Assembly (NCBI GenBank): GCA_037447605.1
Contig: CM074809.1
Span: forward strand, 2,098,689 to 2,162,688
Reading direction: 5' to 3'
Length of the DNA: 64,000 nucleotides
Origin: Zygnema circumcarinatum SAG 698-1b
Taxonomy: Eukaryota; Plantae; Zygnematophyceae
Part shown: positions 11,201 to 25,400 of the stretch, piece after piece
Layout of the letters: each line of letters starts with the position of its first letter
Numbering within the stretch: the first letter of the stretch is position 1
Made by a program: the position numbers and the translations under genes
The notes under the pieces: model-generated
What the model saw: the letters and a program-made list of their open reading frames with translations, nothing else
Told to the model about the DNA's origin: nothing
Databases searched by the model: none

Positions 11201-14200
11201 TCTCCTCTCCAACAATTTTCATCCCAAATCTTTGCTCCAAGATAGTAGTGGCATTTGTTTTGCTCAGCAAGACTTGGGCTCTCTGGTCATTTTCAAAAGA
11301 CTGCCCATCTTCAATGACATCGATATCTTTCTGGCCATTTCCTCCAGACTCCTCTTCCACTACCACTGCCCCCACCACCGACTCACTGCCTTCTCTTTCT
11401 CGCCACCCTCTCAGAGCAGACAGTAGGTCATCGTCCATTCTCTCTTTCGCCCAATTGATCAACACATTTAGCTGCTGACTTCCTTCATAGACCCACCAAT
11501 TGCGAGAACTTCCCTCACCTGCAGACAGCCAGCTTTCTCCTCGAGATCCTTTCCTGTTAGTCTCCGTCTCTGCTACAGCATCTTGCCTGTCCTCCAAGTA
11601 CGAGCGTCCAATGCTTGCTTTCTGTCCTCCTGTCTCTTCGCCACTGACCAGTACCGTCGGTCCACCTGGCATACCTGCCACTCCCCAATATTGTCTGCCC
11701 TCCTCATCCTGACCCAAAAAAACCTTCCCTTGCCCATTGCCCCGTCTTCCCTTCCGCTGTTGCCCCCCACCCCGCACTCCCCGGCTTCCTCCATGGCTGC
11801 TGTAAGTTTTTGGCTGCACCTCACCACTTAAGCCTGTGGTGTTCTTTCCTTCCCAACAATCAACCTGTTCAATTTTTACTTTTTTCTCGGTTCTTCCTCC
11901 TTCCTCTGCTCCTTCTCCATTTGCTGCTTCCATCAGAGCGTTTGTACCACCTTCAGTTCTTTCCACCTCGATCACTGCCTCATGCTTTCTCTTAATTCCA
12001 ACCTCTCCTTTACCTCCCTCCACTTCCCCACTTCCCCTACCTCCACTCAGCCGAGCAGTCTCTGCCTCAGTATCTCCTCCGATTTCCACTCGATCCCCTT
12101 CTTTCACTCCGTTTTTCTCTTCCACCTTCTTGTTATTATTCTCAAAGTCATCCTCTGTATCCTGATCCACTTTCCGTTTTTCAACAGAAACACATCTTGG
12201 CGTCTCTTCGTCCCTAAGCTGTTCCAAGCCTTCAGCCGCAACCCTCTGCTCCTGTGCTCCGTTGCCTTTCCGTCCGTTTTCTTCCTCATCAGCTTCATCA
12301 AGCCGTGCCAGCTTTGCAATGTGAAAAGGGCGCAATGTCCTTGACCGTTTACGGGAAGATAAGGGCGTCCGCGTCCTGCGCTGAACTCCATCGAAACCAA
12401 TAGTACGCTGCAGTTCGTCTCTCACAGCTGATGTCTGCCTGGCAGCTTCACACAAAAGCTTGAGGAGGGCCACTCTCTGTCACCCAGCACACCATTTTCA
12501 GCAATGGGTTAGGCTTCAAAGCAGCTATTTCCAATTACGCATACCAACAAGCAGGTTCGTGATATTTGCAGTAAGCCAGCCTTCCCCAGCCTTCCCAGGT
12601 TGCCTTTCCCGTCCAAGAATTGGAAGTTTCAGGAAATTGGGGTCTCTCCGATTTGATTGATGGTATTGATGACGTAATGAGAACGTCCTTTCCACAATAA
12701 TCACGATGTAAATTTTTTTTTTTTTTTTTTCAGGAGCATTACTACTTTCCTACATGCCTTCTAACCTGCCAGACTCTGCCTGTCAGGGGAAGGATATCTT
12801 ACGGTTAGTACTTTCCATCCTGCTTAAAGAATCAACACCCTAACATTTGTACGGCTCCAAGATGTTGATCAATTCCCAAAGTCGTTCACAGCACACTGCA
12901 ACAATCAACATCAGCCCATCTAAAAAGAGAGATAAGAATTCCATGGTCTGGAGTCAAATGCGGTCAATACCTCATCAACAGCAAGGCACCAATAGTCTGT
13001 GGCGCCCAATCTCTCCGCCAGCCAATGTCGTGGTTCTAGCTGACCCTCTCCAAGGGCTGTTCTTTGAGTCACTGTAGTTGATTCTTTTTCCGGCTCAGCC
13101 GCCATAGCTATGGTCTTGGCCATTTCCTCCCATTCCCTTCTTCCTTTCCTCTTTCTCTGCACATTGCAGCTTACTTCAATCCATTCTCCGTCCTCGCTCT
13201 CGTCACTTGAATGACTCTCCAGCAGGCCCCCATTTTGCTCTTCATTCTCGTTTTTCCTGCTCTGCTTGCCACCAGTTCCTTCCACCTGAACTTTTTTTCT
13301 GGTGTCTTTCACTCCTTGAGCAACACATTCTGGACAAAACCAGCTGCCTACTGGCACAGTTTCCAGGGGTGGGTTGAGGCAATACATGTGGTACTCTAAA
13401 TCACAGTTGTCGCAAAGCAGGACGTCTTCCTCGTCCTGATCCACTCCACATATCTTGCACCCTTCTTTGTTCCAGGGTACCGCTGGCAGCTGTTCGTCAA
13501 CGATCACTTCGTGCTTCTCCTCCTCGTCATTCGCTGGCTCTCTTTTTGCTTGAGTAGCCGTGTTAGTTATTGGTAGAAAATGACCCTTTGATGGTTGCCC
13601 AGATGAGGTTGTGTCAAGAAATGGCAAAGGCCCGGAGCTTAAAGGTGTTACAGGTCCTCCAGCTGCTGCACCAACATTAAGGGCAGGAATCTCCCCAGTC
13701 TCACCAAATAGTTTAAGGACCTGCACATGTAGCTCAGCTTGCAGTTACTTCCACGTGCTCCTGTTTCTTAGCAGGTCTGACTATTGAAGACTATTTATAG
13801 GATTTTATAGCTGTATAACGGACTTTGGGCCCCACTTCTGTGATAAAACAGCGGAAACTATAGAGTGCAAGTTCACAAGTTCGTTTGACCGTCTACGTGT
13901 TCAGTAAACTCCAGCACGAATATCTTCAAGAGAAAGTCAGCATCGTTGACTCGTACCTTCTCGAACGTGCTTCATGCTATGCCATTTGCCTCATATTATG
14001 TGAAAGCAACAGATTCAATAATAGGTCTGACCTTTGCAGCAAGAAGTTCTTCAAACCGGGTCGATAACTCCAAAGCTGCAGCTCGCAGAACGTGACCCTT
14101 GGGGTACACCATGTACACGTTGGCCCATATCTGCAGGTGCAACAACTCTTTTCAAGATAGTTTCAAACCGATCTCACCTCTTCGGCTGACTCTCTGACAA

Positions 14201-17200
14201 TAAGCTATTGCATGTATTCAAACTTGAAAGTTATGACACGAATTCAAGGCTATAAAAAATGGGCCACTCTCTCGAAAAAGCGCAACCGCCAGTATGCATG
14301 CAGACACACCTTGAAGTGTAATATACGGAACATGCATGAACTCTCACTTTGGAGGAGCAAATTAGGAGCGCCTAGCTGACTATCGGTTTCGAACATGACT
14401 GACCAGCCGCACATCAGCAGCAAAAGCCATCCAGAGGTCTCCATATGATCCCGCAGCCAAGCGCATATCGACGGTGCGAAAATCCATTGGTCGAGGTACT
14501 GGCGACCGTGGGGCCCACCCACCTAACTTCCCTTCAGCTTCCCAGGAAGTCCCCTTTGTTTCTGAACTTGCTGTCAGCATTGCATCACTCCCAGGCAACT
14601 CTCCTTCATCAACCGAAATGGGCAGGCCCAATCCCCAGAAGTAACAAAATGCTCTAAGCTTATCCGATGCTGCCAACTGGCGCAGTACTACTCTGCATTG
14701 TCGCATGACCAGCTCAATAGGTGGAGGGAGACTAGACGTCGAATCCACACAGGAAGTTGAAACCTTTAACATGGCGACCTTTTTCCCCTTAGAAGCCACA
14801 ACTCCAGGAGGTCGGGGCGAGATTGCTGCTGAATAGGACTTTGAAAAAGGTGGAGGTAATGGTTGATGTAATGGCGCCTGCTCCTGTAGCTGCGGCTGAG
14901 GCTGTGGTTGAGGCTGATGCGGATGAGACACCTGTGCCTGCGGCTGAGGCTGAGGCTGAGGCTGAGAGTGAAAGTGAGAGTGAGGCTGAGGCTGAGACTG
15001 AGGCTGGGGCAAAGGCAGAGGCAGAGGCAGAGGCTGAGGCTGAGGCTGAGGCTGAGGCTGAGGCTGAGGCTGAGGCTGAGGCTGAGGCTGAGGCTGAGGC
15101 TGAGGCTGAGGGTAAGGTTCAGATTTGGGCTGAGGGTGAGGCTGAGGCAAAGGCTGAGGCTGAGGCTGAGGCTGAGGCAGAGGCAGAGGTTGAGGGTAAG
15201 ATTCAGACTTGGGCTGAGGGTGAGACTGAGGTTGAGGCTGAGGCTGAGGCTGAGGCTGAGGCTGAGGGTGAGGCTGAGGCTGAGGGTAAGGTTCAGACTG
15301 AGGTTGAGGCTGAGGGTGAGGCTGAGGCTGAGGGTAAGGTTCAGACTGGGGTTGAGGGTGAGACTGAGGCTGAGGTTGAGGTTGAGGCTGAGGGTAAGGT
15401 TCAGACTGGGGTTGAGGGTGAGACTGCTGAGGTTGAGGTTGAGGCTGAGGGTGAGGCTGAGGCTGAGGCTGAGGCTGAGGCTGAGGCTGAGGGTGAGGCT
15501 GAGGCTGAGGGTAAGGTTCAGACTGGGGCTGAGGGTGAGGGTGAGGTGAGGCTGAGGCTGAGGCTGAGGGTGAGACTGAGGTGAGGCTGAGGCTGAGGTT
15601 GAGGTTGAGGCTGAGGGTAAGGTTCAGACTGGGGTTGAGGGCGAGACTGAGGTTGAGGCTGAGGGTGAGACTGAGGCTGAGGGTAAGGTTCAGACTGGGG
15701 TTGAGGGTGAGCCTGAGGTTGAGGCTGAGGGTGAGACTGAGGCTGAGGGTGAGGCTGAGGCTGAGGCTGAGGCTGAGGCTGAGGCTGAGGCTGAGGCTGA
15801 GGCTGAGGCTGAGGCTGAGGGTAAGCCTGAGGATGAGATAGAGGATGAGGCTGAGACTGCAACTGAGGCTGAGCAAGTGGCAGACCCGGAAATGGACTGT
15901 GAATGTGGGGCAGAGGCTGCAACTCATCAGGTGGCCTCTCACTGGCACCGGACGTAACAACTACTCCGGGCACAGTAGAGGGTAAGCCATCTGCTCCTCC
16001 AAATGAAACACCTTTAATGGGTCTCCGAAATTCTGTTGGCAGCATGCCTCGATGCTGGTCCAATACTTCAATGGCAGCCCTCTGCCCAGGCCCACCACCG
16101 CAAAAATCCCCATGACGTAAATAACGAGACAGAGGACGTTTGGACAACCTTTGTACAATTCACCATTGGTGAGCGCTCTCACCTTTGTGGGCCCAGAAGC
16201 ATTTCCTTTGTACACCTCCTTGCTGATTGCCCATTCCAGCTTTGTTGCAGCCCAGACAGGCGGCGGAGGATCAGCCATAAGTGCCGATCTGATGCAATTG
16301 CGAATGCGCGCACCAACATTGGTTGCAAGCTTTCTCACAGGATCTAAGTGTGTTGCCCAGTCCTGAGGCCCTGACGGAGCCTCCAGATGCTCTTCTGAAT
16401 CTGGGTCCGGGGCACCCTCGTTGAGCCCATATTTCTCAGTCTCCACCCTCCTGTCCCATTCTTCAACTTCTTTGTTCATTTCCGTGGCTCCTTCGTTGAC
16501 AAGGCTTGTTCCATTGCTAGTCAGCTCCTTAGGAGCTCCTTCAGTGAGTCCACCTGCACCAAATGCTTGACGATTCCCTAGAAGTGTTTCTTGCCCAGCT
16601 TGAGGTCCTGAGGAACATTCCACAGCTTCAGTAGTTAGGGGTTTCCCGGCAGACTTCAGACTTTGATCAAGTTTCTCGTGAGGCTGTCCTTCTGCCTGTA
16701 CAACTTGGGGCACTTCAGGAGTGCGCGTCTTTATCGCCTTAGTCTTGCGCTTAACCAGCACAGACCCTGCCCCGGCTCCTTGGCTGAATCTACCATGACC
16801 CAAAGCCACTTGCTGGACAGCAAATTCCTTCATAAAAGAGGCAAGAGCCTGCTCGGCATTTGCAAGGGCCTGGAGAATGCAGACACAAAGACATAAAAAA
16901 AAGGCTAAATAGGAGATTATGATGCTATTGCGAGTACACTGCATGGAGAGAAAGAAACACACTTTTGCAAGGCTTGAGGGATTTCACTATCATCCAATGC
17001 ATAGAACCAATCATTGAAAAGGATTACAACAACTGAAGAAGTAGTTTAAAACGTACTAACAACCTCTTCCTGACATATATAAACCTAGTGCATACTGTCA
17101 CTGTGGTTGCGAACACATCATTATTTGGGAACTAACTGCGAACGAAAACTGCATATAGAGAATGCATGTTTAACGAAACAGATTGGGTAATAACTCTTGA

Positions 17201-20200
17201 TCTACATCGACGATCCAGTCAGATTATTAGACCTCCATTCTCCACAGGCAGTCCAAGCTTCACCCAGGACACAAATCTGAATCAAACAGCCTGCCAGACA
17301 TGTGGAACACCAATCATGTGAAAACGGCACGATAAACTTTTAATGCTTAACCTAATCTCACCTGTGCATCTGCAGCCGCCCCTGCTACGCCACCTGGCAC
17401 CCCCAACAGCGGGCCCCCATCTCCTCCCATGCATCTTATGAGACTCCCTCTCTCGACCGGGCTTCGACCTCTCCCAACACCTTCTCCCACACCCCGGGCC
17501 ACCATCAGGTGCCGCCTGGAAACCTCGGGCCAGGTCAGCCCATTAATAGGGCAAACAAAAATATCTTTCAGGCCCGGCTTTTGCTTGCATGTAACTATAT
17601 ATGGCTCGCTTGAAGCATTGTTTCCATTTCCATTGCTGATTGGTTGTGTCTCTTCATCTCCTAGTGTGGCTCTCTTTTTTTCACGAGGAAAAGCAACTTT
17701 TTTGGGGCTCTGGCCTGTGCTCTTTCCTGTGCCATGCATCACTCTTTCCACTGCTGCAATCTCCGGCCCAATCTCATTAACAAGCAATTGGAGAAGTGCC
17801 ACATGAACCTCCGCCATAGCCAGGTACCCCCTACTGGGCACTGGCCTATGCAAAAAGTTACTCTCTTTCTTGAAAGTTATCTTATCCTCCGACTCTATGA
17901 AAGGGGAAGGATCCACCAGTGCCAGCTCCAAAAGTTGCAGCGATGGTGGATGGCGCAGGTCTAAGATCTTTCTGAATCTGCCCAAAAACTGCCAGACCTG
18001 CAGCTTGACCCCACCCACCTCAACCACGGTTAGATTTTTCTTCAACGTCTATATTAATATTCCCAGCATAGCAGAACCAGCCGTAATTGTGAGATTATCT
18101 CTGTCTTCCTCGCCCCCTTTTCTAAGTGAAGAGTTCATTGACCCAGAGGTACGAGAGAACATTGTTCCCAACTTTGCAAATTAATCCATTTTCAATCATA
18201 TCGCAGTAACTTTTACTTTGCCTTACTTGTCATGCAAGTGTGCAGCTTATAAACCTCAGGCTGCTGATGCACATCCCAATGGCTAAATGGCTATTAAAGA
18301 AGTGCAGCAGTACCTTACTTCAAAAGCTGTCCTTGTACCATGCCTTGTTGTTGAACAAGGCATGGTACAAGGACACCTTGCGTGACATTTCATCACCGTC
18401 GTTCTTCTTTCTCACAGGTGAAACTTTTGAAACTCATGACAAGCGCATGTGAGTGCATTGAGCAAGAGTTCCTGATCAAGTACTCCCGTGAAATGATTCC
18501 TAAAATTGCCCAGGCATAGAATTGGGAGGATGAAAGACAAGAAGCAGGCTGGGCCTGTAAGCCACACCTGAATCAAATCTCCGAAAAATTTGCTGGGCAA
18601 ACTCTCTCCCACTTTCACACCTCCTGGAGGACGTTTTAAATCCTTCGCTGGTCCCGCCGGCTGTGTTCTAATGTCGTCTTCCTCAATCTCCATCTCTTCA
18701 ATTCCGGAGCCTCGTCCAGCCTCAGCTTTCTCCCCTTGCTTCAGCCTCCTGACTTCTAAGAATTCATACTTCACACATTTGTCAGCCCCTGGTAGAGCCT
18801 CGACCAAGGTTAACACTTCAGTCTCTTCTAATCCGAAGTTGAACATTGCCGTGCTCTTCAGTTGTTCCAAGCCCTTTTCAACAGGGCTCAAAGAAAGTCC
18901 TGAGGTGTCACCACCATCCGCCATTCCAGCCATACCGTCATTTTCCTTTTCTTCACCAGTCTGGCTCACGGCCTTTGCTTCAACCATCCTAATAGATGCC
19001 TCGACATACTTCCTCCACACTTCCTCAAACGACAATCCCTGTACCTGAAATGCCGTTTCATACCTTTTAGAACGTCGGGCCAAGTCTGCGAATTCACCCT
19101 TACGATCAGACCTTCCCAACACCAAATCTGCTCCGCTCAAACCACTTCCAAGTTCGTCCGCTTTACTTGACTCCTCTGGAAATGCGTACTCGGCAAAATG
19201 CTCCACAGTCAAACCAGCACCTTCGGCTCCTCCTAAGCTATTCAGCAAAGCCAGTACATTCTCATCTCCATCATCAGCGGCAAAACCCAATGCTGGACCT
19301 TTCAGATTTACATCCTTGGCTATCTTATCAACGTCTACCATGCATGTCAGCTGAAAGAGTGGACCTTCTGCACCCCCATCGAGCACTTCTCCAAGCACCT
19401 TCACCGTAGGACCCTCGTGCCAACCAGCCCTGTAATCTACAGGGAAAATATGGTATTGATTATGATAAAAAGTCCGTAAGTCTATCTTGCCGAGATTCTC
19501 GATAGTTATGCCCTTGCAATGGAGTGGAAAGGAGACCTGAGCCAAACAGAAACAGACAAACCTGAAACGTTGTAAGCTTGGGTGGCTGACAGCATCACAA
19601 TTAGGGAACGGAAAACATAACAGCGTGCTTTTCATCTGAAAAAAACGACTATAACACAGTCGGTTCCCTTATTAGTATCTCTGCGTATCAGTAAGCGAAT
19701 CCTAGAGTCAAAGCTACTGAAGTTCGATCAGCAATGCCAACCTTCGTGCTGCACAAGAGGCACACTGGATGTGATAAATGGGGCAATCCACTCAGCAAAT
19801 TATGACCTCACAGAACCACTTGAAGTCATCCTCTGCCTTGAAGTGCCATAGAGCGCAACCCTTATGTACAAGACCATCTAGCAACAATGGCAGAACACCT
19901 CGTGATCGGTCGAGAGGTATTCTTCTATTATATTTGAAAAGTACATGATCCTACCATCAAGTTCCCGCAGATACTAATGCCAGCTATAACTTACAAAGAT
20001 GCCCCCGCTTAACCTTTGGGTACAAGATGGCGCGTGGCAATAACCTGTTTGGCATTTCTTCTCGCACGGATAAAGGCTAACTTCCGTAGTTGTGCAGCCT
20101 CTTCTGAATCCTCGTCCTTCGTATGTGTTTTTTTCAAAGCCGTGTCATCAGGTGCCGGCCGTGACACAGGCCCCAATGGCCACCAGTTGCTGCCTCTTGC

Positions 20201-21717
20201 AATATCTCCTCTTGACTCTTCGTCTGTTGCTTCTTCAAAAGCTTGACAGCTAGCGCAAAGCCATTCCGACATTCCAACGCATGTGTCGATGGAGACACCA
20301 ATGCAACGCACATGGAAGCCCTGGTCACATCGGTCGCACACCAATGTGAAGTCGATTCCCTCTAGTTTCCTGACAAGAAAGGACAGACCGATTTTTTAGA
20401 AATACAGTATTGATGGCACTAAATCTATAACGTCTCTACACTGACGTGGACTATATCTTCCCTTCAACTCAATCCATTGGCCTCTAGCAACCAAAATAAT
20501 GAACGTCGGGCTATCAGACAGAGACGGTTTCATCTGGCCAAACCAATCAACGACTAGCTGCCATTGTTGACAAAGGACAGAAACCTTATGCCGAGAAAGT
20601 TGCTAACATAAGTGTCAGGTGAGGGACTGATCATTGTCAACACAGCTGGCATCAAGTAAAAGTGAAACTACGTTCAACTAACATACAAAAGATGTAAAAT
20701 GAACCCTCTGCTAGAGTGCACGATAGGTGGTGTGCATCCAGCAGAATGAAAGGTTTGATATTAAAATCACCGTTCTATTCACCTTTTACCAAAAAATAAT
20801 TTCATCTATGTCCCTCATAAAGATGGAGGCATGTTGGGATGAATACTCCAGTTTCAGCATTAACAACAAGGATAGAAACAAGGAAAGCAAGAACAGAAAC
20901 GAAGTAATGGACCAAGAGTAGTGATAACAGTTTTTAATTGAGCATGAATAATTCCTCATGAATCGACCGATTTAAAAATGTCCTAAAGGTTCTCGACAAA
21001 GGCTGAAAGCATGCCTAAACAATTAAATAAGTATCAATAAGAAAAAAATTCCGACACAGGACATCCTTAACAGAATTTCTTAGCTCGAATTACATCATTC
21101 GCAATTGGTTCAAATTTGAAAGAGCATGAAGGAAGGCTGCCAGGGTGTACGAATCCAGTAATGGCGGATGATAACAAATCAAAACATGACACGTGCAAGT
21201 TATGGACAGTTCAGACGCTACACGAACGATAAAGTTCAATGGCCGTCACTTGAACTAGTCAGAAATGTACATTCTTTCATTGGCAATAGAAAGGCGGTGA
21301 ACACTGGCGGCCGGGAGTCTAGGATAAACTTGGATGCCATGGACAGAACTACGAAAAATTGGTCACTCTTGGATCAGCTGACTTCGTTTGACTAAAGGCA
21401 TAGGATAGAGCGACAAAATAGAGGGAGGATGGAGTATCGCAAATTCTCCCTTTCATGTTTTTCCCTGCACTACACAACTAATTAAGTTTGCTGAAACATC
21501 ATGGATATCAACAAGCGAGATGTAAGCAGAAAATGAATGATATTGACATGATATGAATTTGTCCCGGCCCTTAATATTACATGTTTCGCTTCCCTCGTTC
21601 ACAGAGTGTATTGCCAAGAGAACAGTACCTGCATATCTGACAAGTGTGGACATACAGGTCCGGCATGGGTCGACTGTCCGCAGCAGTCAAGGAAGCCTGC
21701 GGACCCCATGTCGCCAT
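8219..21717 (-). CDS. MBD9: MBD9-like chromatin protein (PHD - FYR-N/FYR-C - DDT-like - bromodomain-like - PHD - WHIM/zinc-finger region - conserved C-terminus)
   Basis: Phase-consistent exons 21717-21629, 20369-20014, 19877-19807, 19536-~18567, ~17997-17362, ~16870-16180, 16082-~14414 (frameshift in repeat), ~14132-14034, ~13722-12975, 12476-9132 and 8659-8219. Motifs matching land-plant MBD9: CQIC..VCDRCDQGFHVRC..WLCASC then WPLG; LGKID..YH...IFPV.Y; NVGARIR..ISKEVYKGNASGPTK; RPMDFRTVDMRLAAGSY; CKICG.D.DE..VLLCD.CD.EYH.YCL.PPL; RRAWRALVK; QAT.LLE.M..WSS..A.S...ALRV.ALD.A.IY. Confidence 0.92.
14942..15872. repeat. ~930-bp (GAGGCT)n hexamer repeat with a recurring GAGGGTAAGGTTCAGACTGGG sub-unit; encodes (PQ)n / QSEPY inside the MBD9-like exon
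   Basis: Direct inspection; two 5-bp units (gtgag) near 15545 and 15580 shift the frame. Confidence 0.95.
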
Positions 21718-22424
21718 GATAGCCTCCCTCCCTCCCTCCCCTATGTCCGCATTCTATAGTCGGCAAGCAGCCGCCTTATAAAGGCGCAGCGCGAGGCGAG
21801 GCGGCCCCGCGCTCTCACCGCCGCTCCAGCTGTCCGTCACACCGAACACACACGAACTCAACTCGCGTGCCTTTTGCTTGAGGCAAATCACAATTCGCCA
21901 CGTGTGCATGTTTGTGTACGTGGCGTATTCCCATTGGAAGAAAGCGGCAGTTTTTTGAAGTACAGGAAGGCGGGACACGGCGGAGGGGAGGGAGGGAGGG
22001 GGGGACGGGTCGTTGTCGGGGCCTTGGTGGCGCCGAACATAGATATTGCTTCCTCGCTGAAGCGGGCGTGCTGCAGGCGGGCGGGCAGGCAGTCAGGCCG
22101 CCATTGCGGTTCGACGGGGGGGGGGAGCTGCGCCAAGGCGGCCAATGCCGCAGTGCGCCAAGGCTGCGAGATGCATGCATGCATGCCTTGGGGCGGAGCA
22201 GGCTGTGGGCGCCACGCCTCGCAGCGTTCGTCGTGCAGGATACCTCACTAGCGGATGCGACGTGAGCGTTGTCGGGGGGAGATCTATTCGGCAACGTCTA
22301 TTGCACTTTTTGAAGTAGATGTTGGGAAGAGCGAAACTCAAGTGGCAGGGTTATAGCAGAGCATCTTTGTGTTTGTTTCTTTCTTTCGTCTGTGGTGTTC
22401 CTCGGATTAGCTTCGAAAGCAATT
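21718..22424. promoter_or_regulatory. GC-rich divergent promoter region between MBD9-like (-) and PGM-like (+)
   Basis: Head-to-head ATGs ~700 bp apart; TTATAAA at 21776-21782, ~60 bp upstream of the MBD9 ATG; CpG-rich. Confidence 0.55.
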
Positions 22425-25400
22425 ATGGCTCTATTGGGACGACCTTGCCATCATGGCAGTGATACTTGTAACATATCTTTTGGAGTCCAGAACCATCTGG
22501 ACAGCTTGGCTTGCAGCGGTTTTAGCTCTGCAGGAAAGGGTGTACAAACTCTTCCAGAATGGCATAGAATAAGTAGTAGGACACTGGAGCTGATTCCTTC
22601 TCAAGGTTTTCGATGTCTGAGAGTGTTCAAAAAGCAAATGCAGGGAAGCAAGAGCCTCGTTCCTTCACGATTTACTTTGTCGACTCTCGCCCATGATGAT
22701 TGTAGATGTCATCAATCTTTGGGCCCGGTGATTCGAAGAAATTCATTTCTCCAGTGCAGTTATTCTATCCCGTTTAGAAACTGGAGGAGCAAAAGCTCAA
22801 ACCATAGCCCTGGTTGGGGCACTCCAATCTTCCAACCGGAGGATGGTGAACTTGACGATGCAACTGGAAACCCTGCGGATAGAGAAGAAGGCGCAACGTC
22901 TCAACCGAAGTCAGAAAATGGAGGATTTGCACAGCTGTGGCAAAGGTGAGTCTTTACATAAGCGGTTTGGAGTCATGTCTTCTTGTGCACCCTGACTTGC
23001 ATGTGAAGAGGGATTTGAAACTCAAGCAAGTTTCGACGCATATCATTCCTGATGTTCTCTGCTGAGTTTTCAACATAATTTTCAGTCTAGGAGCTTTCGC
23101 AGATCCTTAAGGACCTTTTATTAACTAGGCCTTGTCATTGCAATCGGCTCCAGCATTTTCTCATTTACTTGTTAAGGGAAACTGAGGAGAATGAGTTGAA
23201 TTGACAGCCTCACAACATTCCATTTGTGACCTGTACATGCAAGTGCTAGTCATGTGCCTTTGATTACAGCAGGCACACATTCTTGAATTGTTGGAATTTA
23301 GCTTTTACAAATGCTAATGCTTTTACAAGTGCTTCACTTTTGAGTAAATGTCCAGGCCTCGAAGAATTATTCTTGTTCGACATGGCCAGAGTGAAGGCAA
23401 CGTTGACGAAGTCTCGTATACAAGAATTCCTGACTCGAAGATTGCGCTTACGAAGAAGGTAAGACGGTTTGGACGTATCGGTCCTTACGAAGGACATCTG
23501 TTAGGAGTGCCTCCCTGATTCTTATTCTTCTTCAATCAGCCTGACTTTGGCCTTATGGCACAATCTAACGTGTTCGGCTTCAAAACACATGTTTAACTCT
23601 GTGTCTTAAAGTTTTCGCCTAAGAAAAGCGTTGGTATTGGCCAATTTATCTAATGTTCGGCCGATTTTCTCGAGATTACTAGAGTCTAGAAGTCATTGGG
23701 GGTCAAGAAGCTTAGAGGTGGGTCATAACAAGTGGAATGCTGCTCAATTTCATGGCTGAGATAGTTGACTTTCTTTTGGCATGAAGTCTGTTCGCTTGTC
23801 AGAAAGATTGAATGTTACATTTGGTATGATTGTTTGAAGGGCTACTTTAACTTTCCTTTTATTTTTATACTTTCTCTTACAGTTTGATGAAAATGATTCT
23901 TGAACCTGTATGACACAACTATATCTCTGAGCTATCTTTGGTCTTGAGCTTCTTGGCCTTTTCACTCGTTTGCACTTCTGAGTCAGTCTGATGTATATGT
24001 CAGGAGAAAAAGGTTCGATACTCTGAAGAATACGCAGCTGTTGTGAACGTGGGCCCTGTAGTCTACTCACTGTCAAGCATGCACCTGTTTACGAGGCCTT
24101 TCTGTCCTGCCTCTTTCAATTCCCCTGTGATTGCTTATGCTGATGATAGGCTGTCTTCAATAAAGGTGCTGAGTAGTGCTGCTTTTGCCATGGACAGGGT
24201 TGGCAGCAGGCTGTAAGATGTGGTCAGCGGATCCGCAAGCTTATTGAAAGCGACAAAGAGGATGACTGGAAAGTATATTTTTATGTATCGCCATATTCGA
24301 GAACACTACAGGTGAGACTGTTGCCAGCCATAACCACTTTAAGTCCCACATTAGAAGTTGTTTGACATCTCTCCATATGCTGGTTATGTGGGTTCAACAG
24401 ATAATAGCCCACCTAAGCCCATATCCTTCTCATGTAAAAAGCAGGAATGTATGAGGCAGATCTGGTTCAGAGCGAGCACTCGATTGCATGCTTTCCAACT
24501 AGGTCGATCCCTTGTCCCTGACCATGTCGACTGTCCATGTCGACCTTTATTAGAGCACAAGCTTGTGCTGACTTGCTTCTGGACATGCTCAGAGAAAGTG
24601 AAGACCTCACTGGCAGAGGAAACATCGTCAATAATGGAAGATGTAAATGACCATGTTTGTGGCCCCCGCAGACATTAAGGGGCATTGGACTAAATTTCGA
24701 AAAGGAGCGGATCGCAGGAGTTCGTGAAGAGCCACGAATTCGTGAGCAGGATTTTGGTGAGGGATCAAATGTCCTCACTTGTCATTCTGCAGTCAGAACA
24801 TTAGATGTCGTTCTGTTCCGCAAATTCTAGAGTTGATAAGCAAGGGAAAAAATACTAGAATTAAGTTAGAGAAATTACATGCACGGCTTTTGGGGTGCTA
24901 TGGCTTAGAGCAAGTGTAGGACTTACTGGCAGCTTACAAGAACTAAAGCTGAAATGCGCTCACAAGAAGCATTCGCTCTCTGATAGAGTCTTTTAAGTGC
25001 TTGCGCTGCATTCCTCACTGCCTGCACGATGGCATCAACACGCTGTTATTTTGTTTCGTTGACTGACATGAACTTCTGTCCTGTTGGCCTGCAAAATCTG
25101 AATAGCATCCGGCTCCTTAATGATATGAACTAGCTTTTACGTAATGAATTCTAGCAGGAGATATTTTTTGCGTCGTTTGACGTCAAAAGTTGGTATATAT
25201 AGGCAAAGTCTACAAAGTTTATTTTCTTGGTACTACGAGTTTTAAGGCCCTTATGCCTTGTAAGTTGCCTTGACTTTGCTTGGGCAGGTAATTTTCAAGA
25301 TCGGGAGAAGATGCGTGTTGAGAAAGAGATCCGGCTTCGCTATGGCCGTTTCTTCTACCGCTTTCCTGATGGTGAATCTGCTGCTGATGTCTATGACCGG

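Noticed and set aside
14823-15841. + strand (AE)n and (RL)n ORFs
   Set aside because: They are antisense shadows of the PQ hexamer repeat in the MBD9-like gene.
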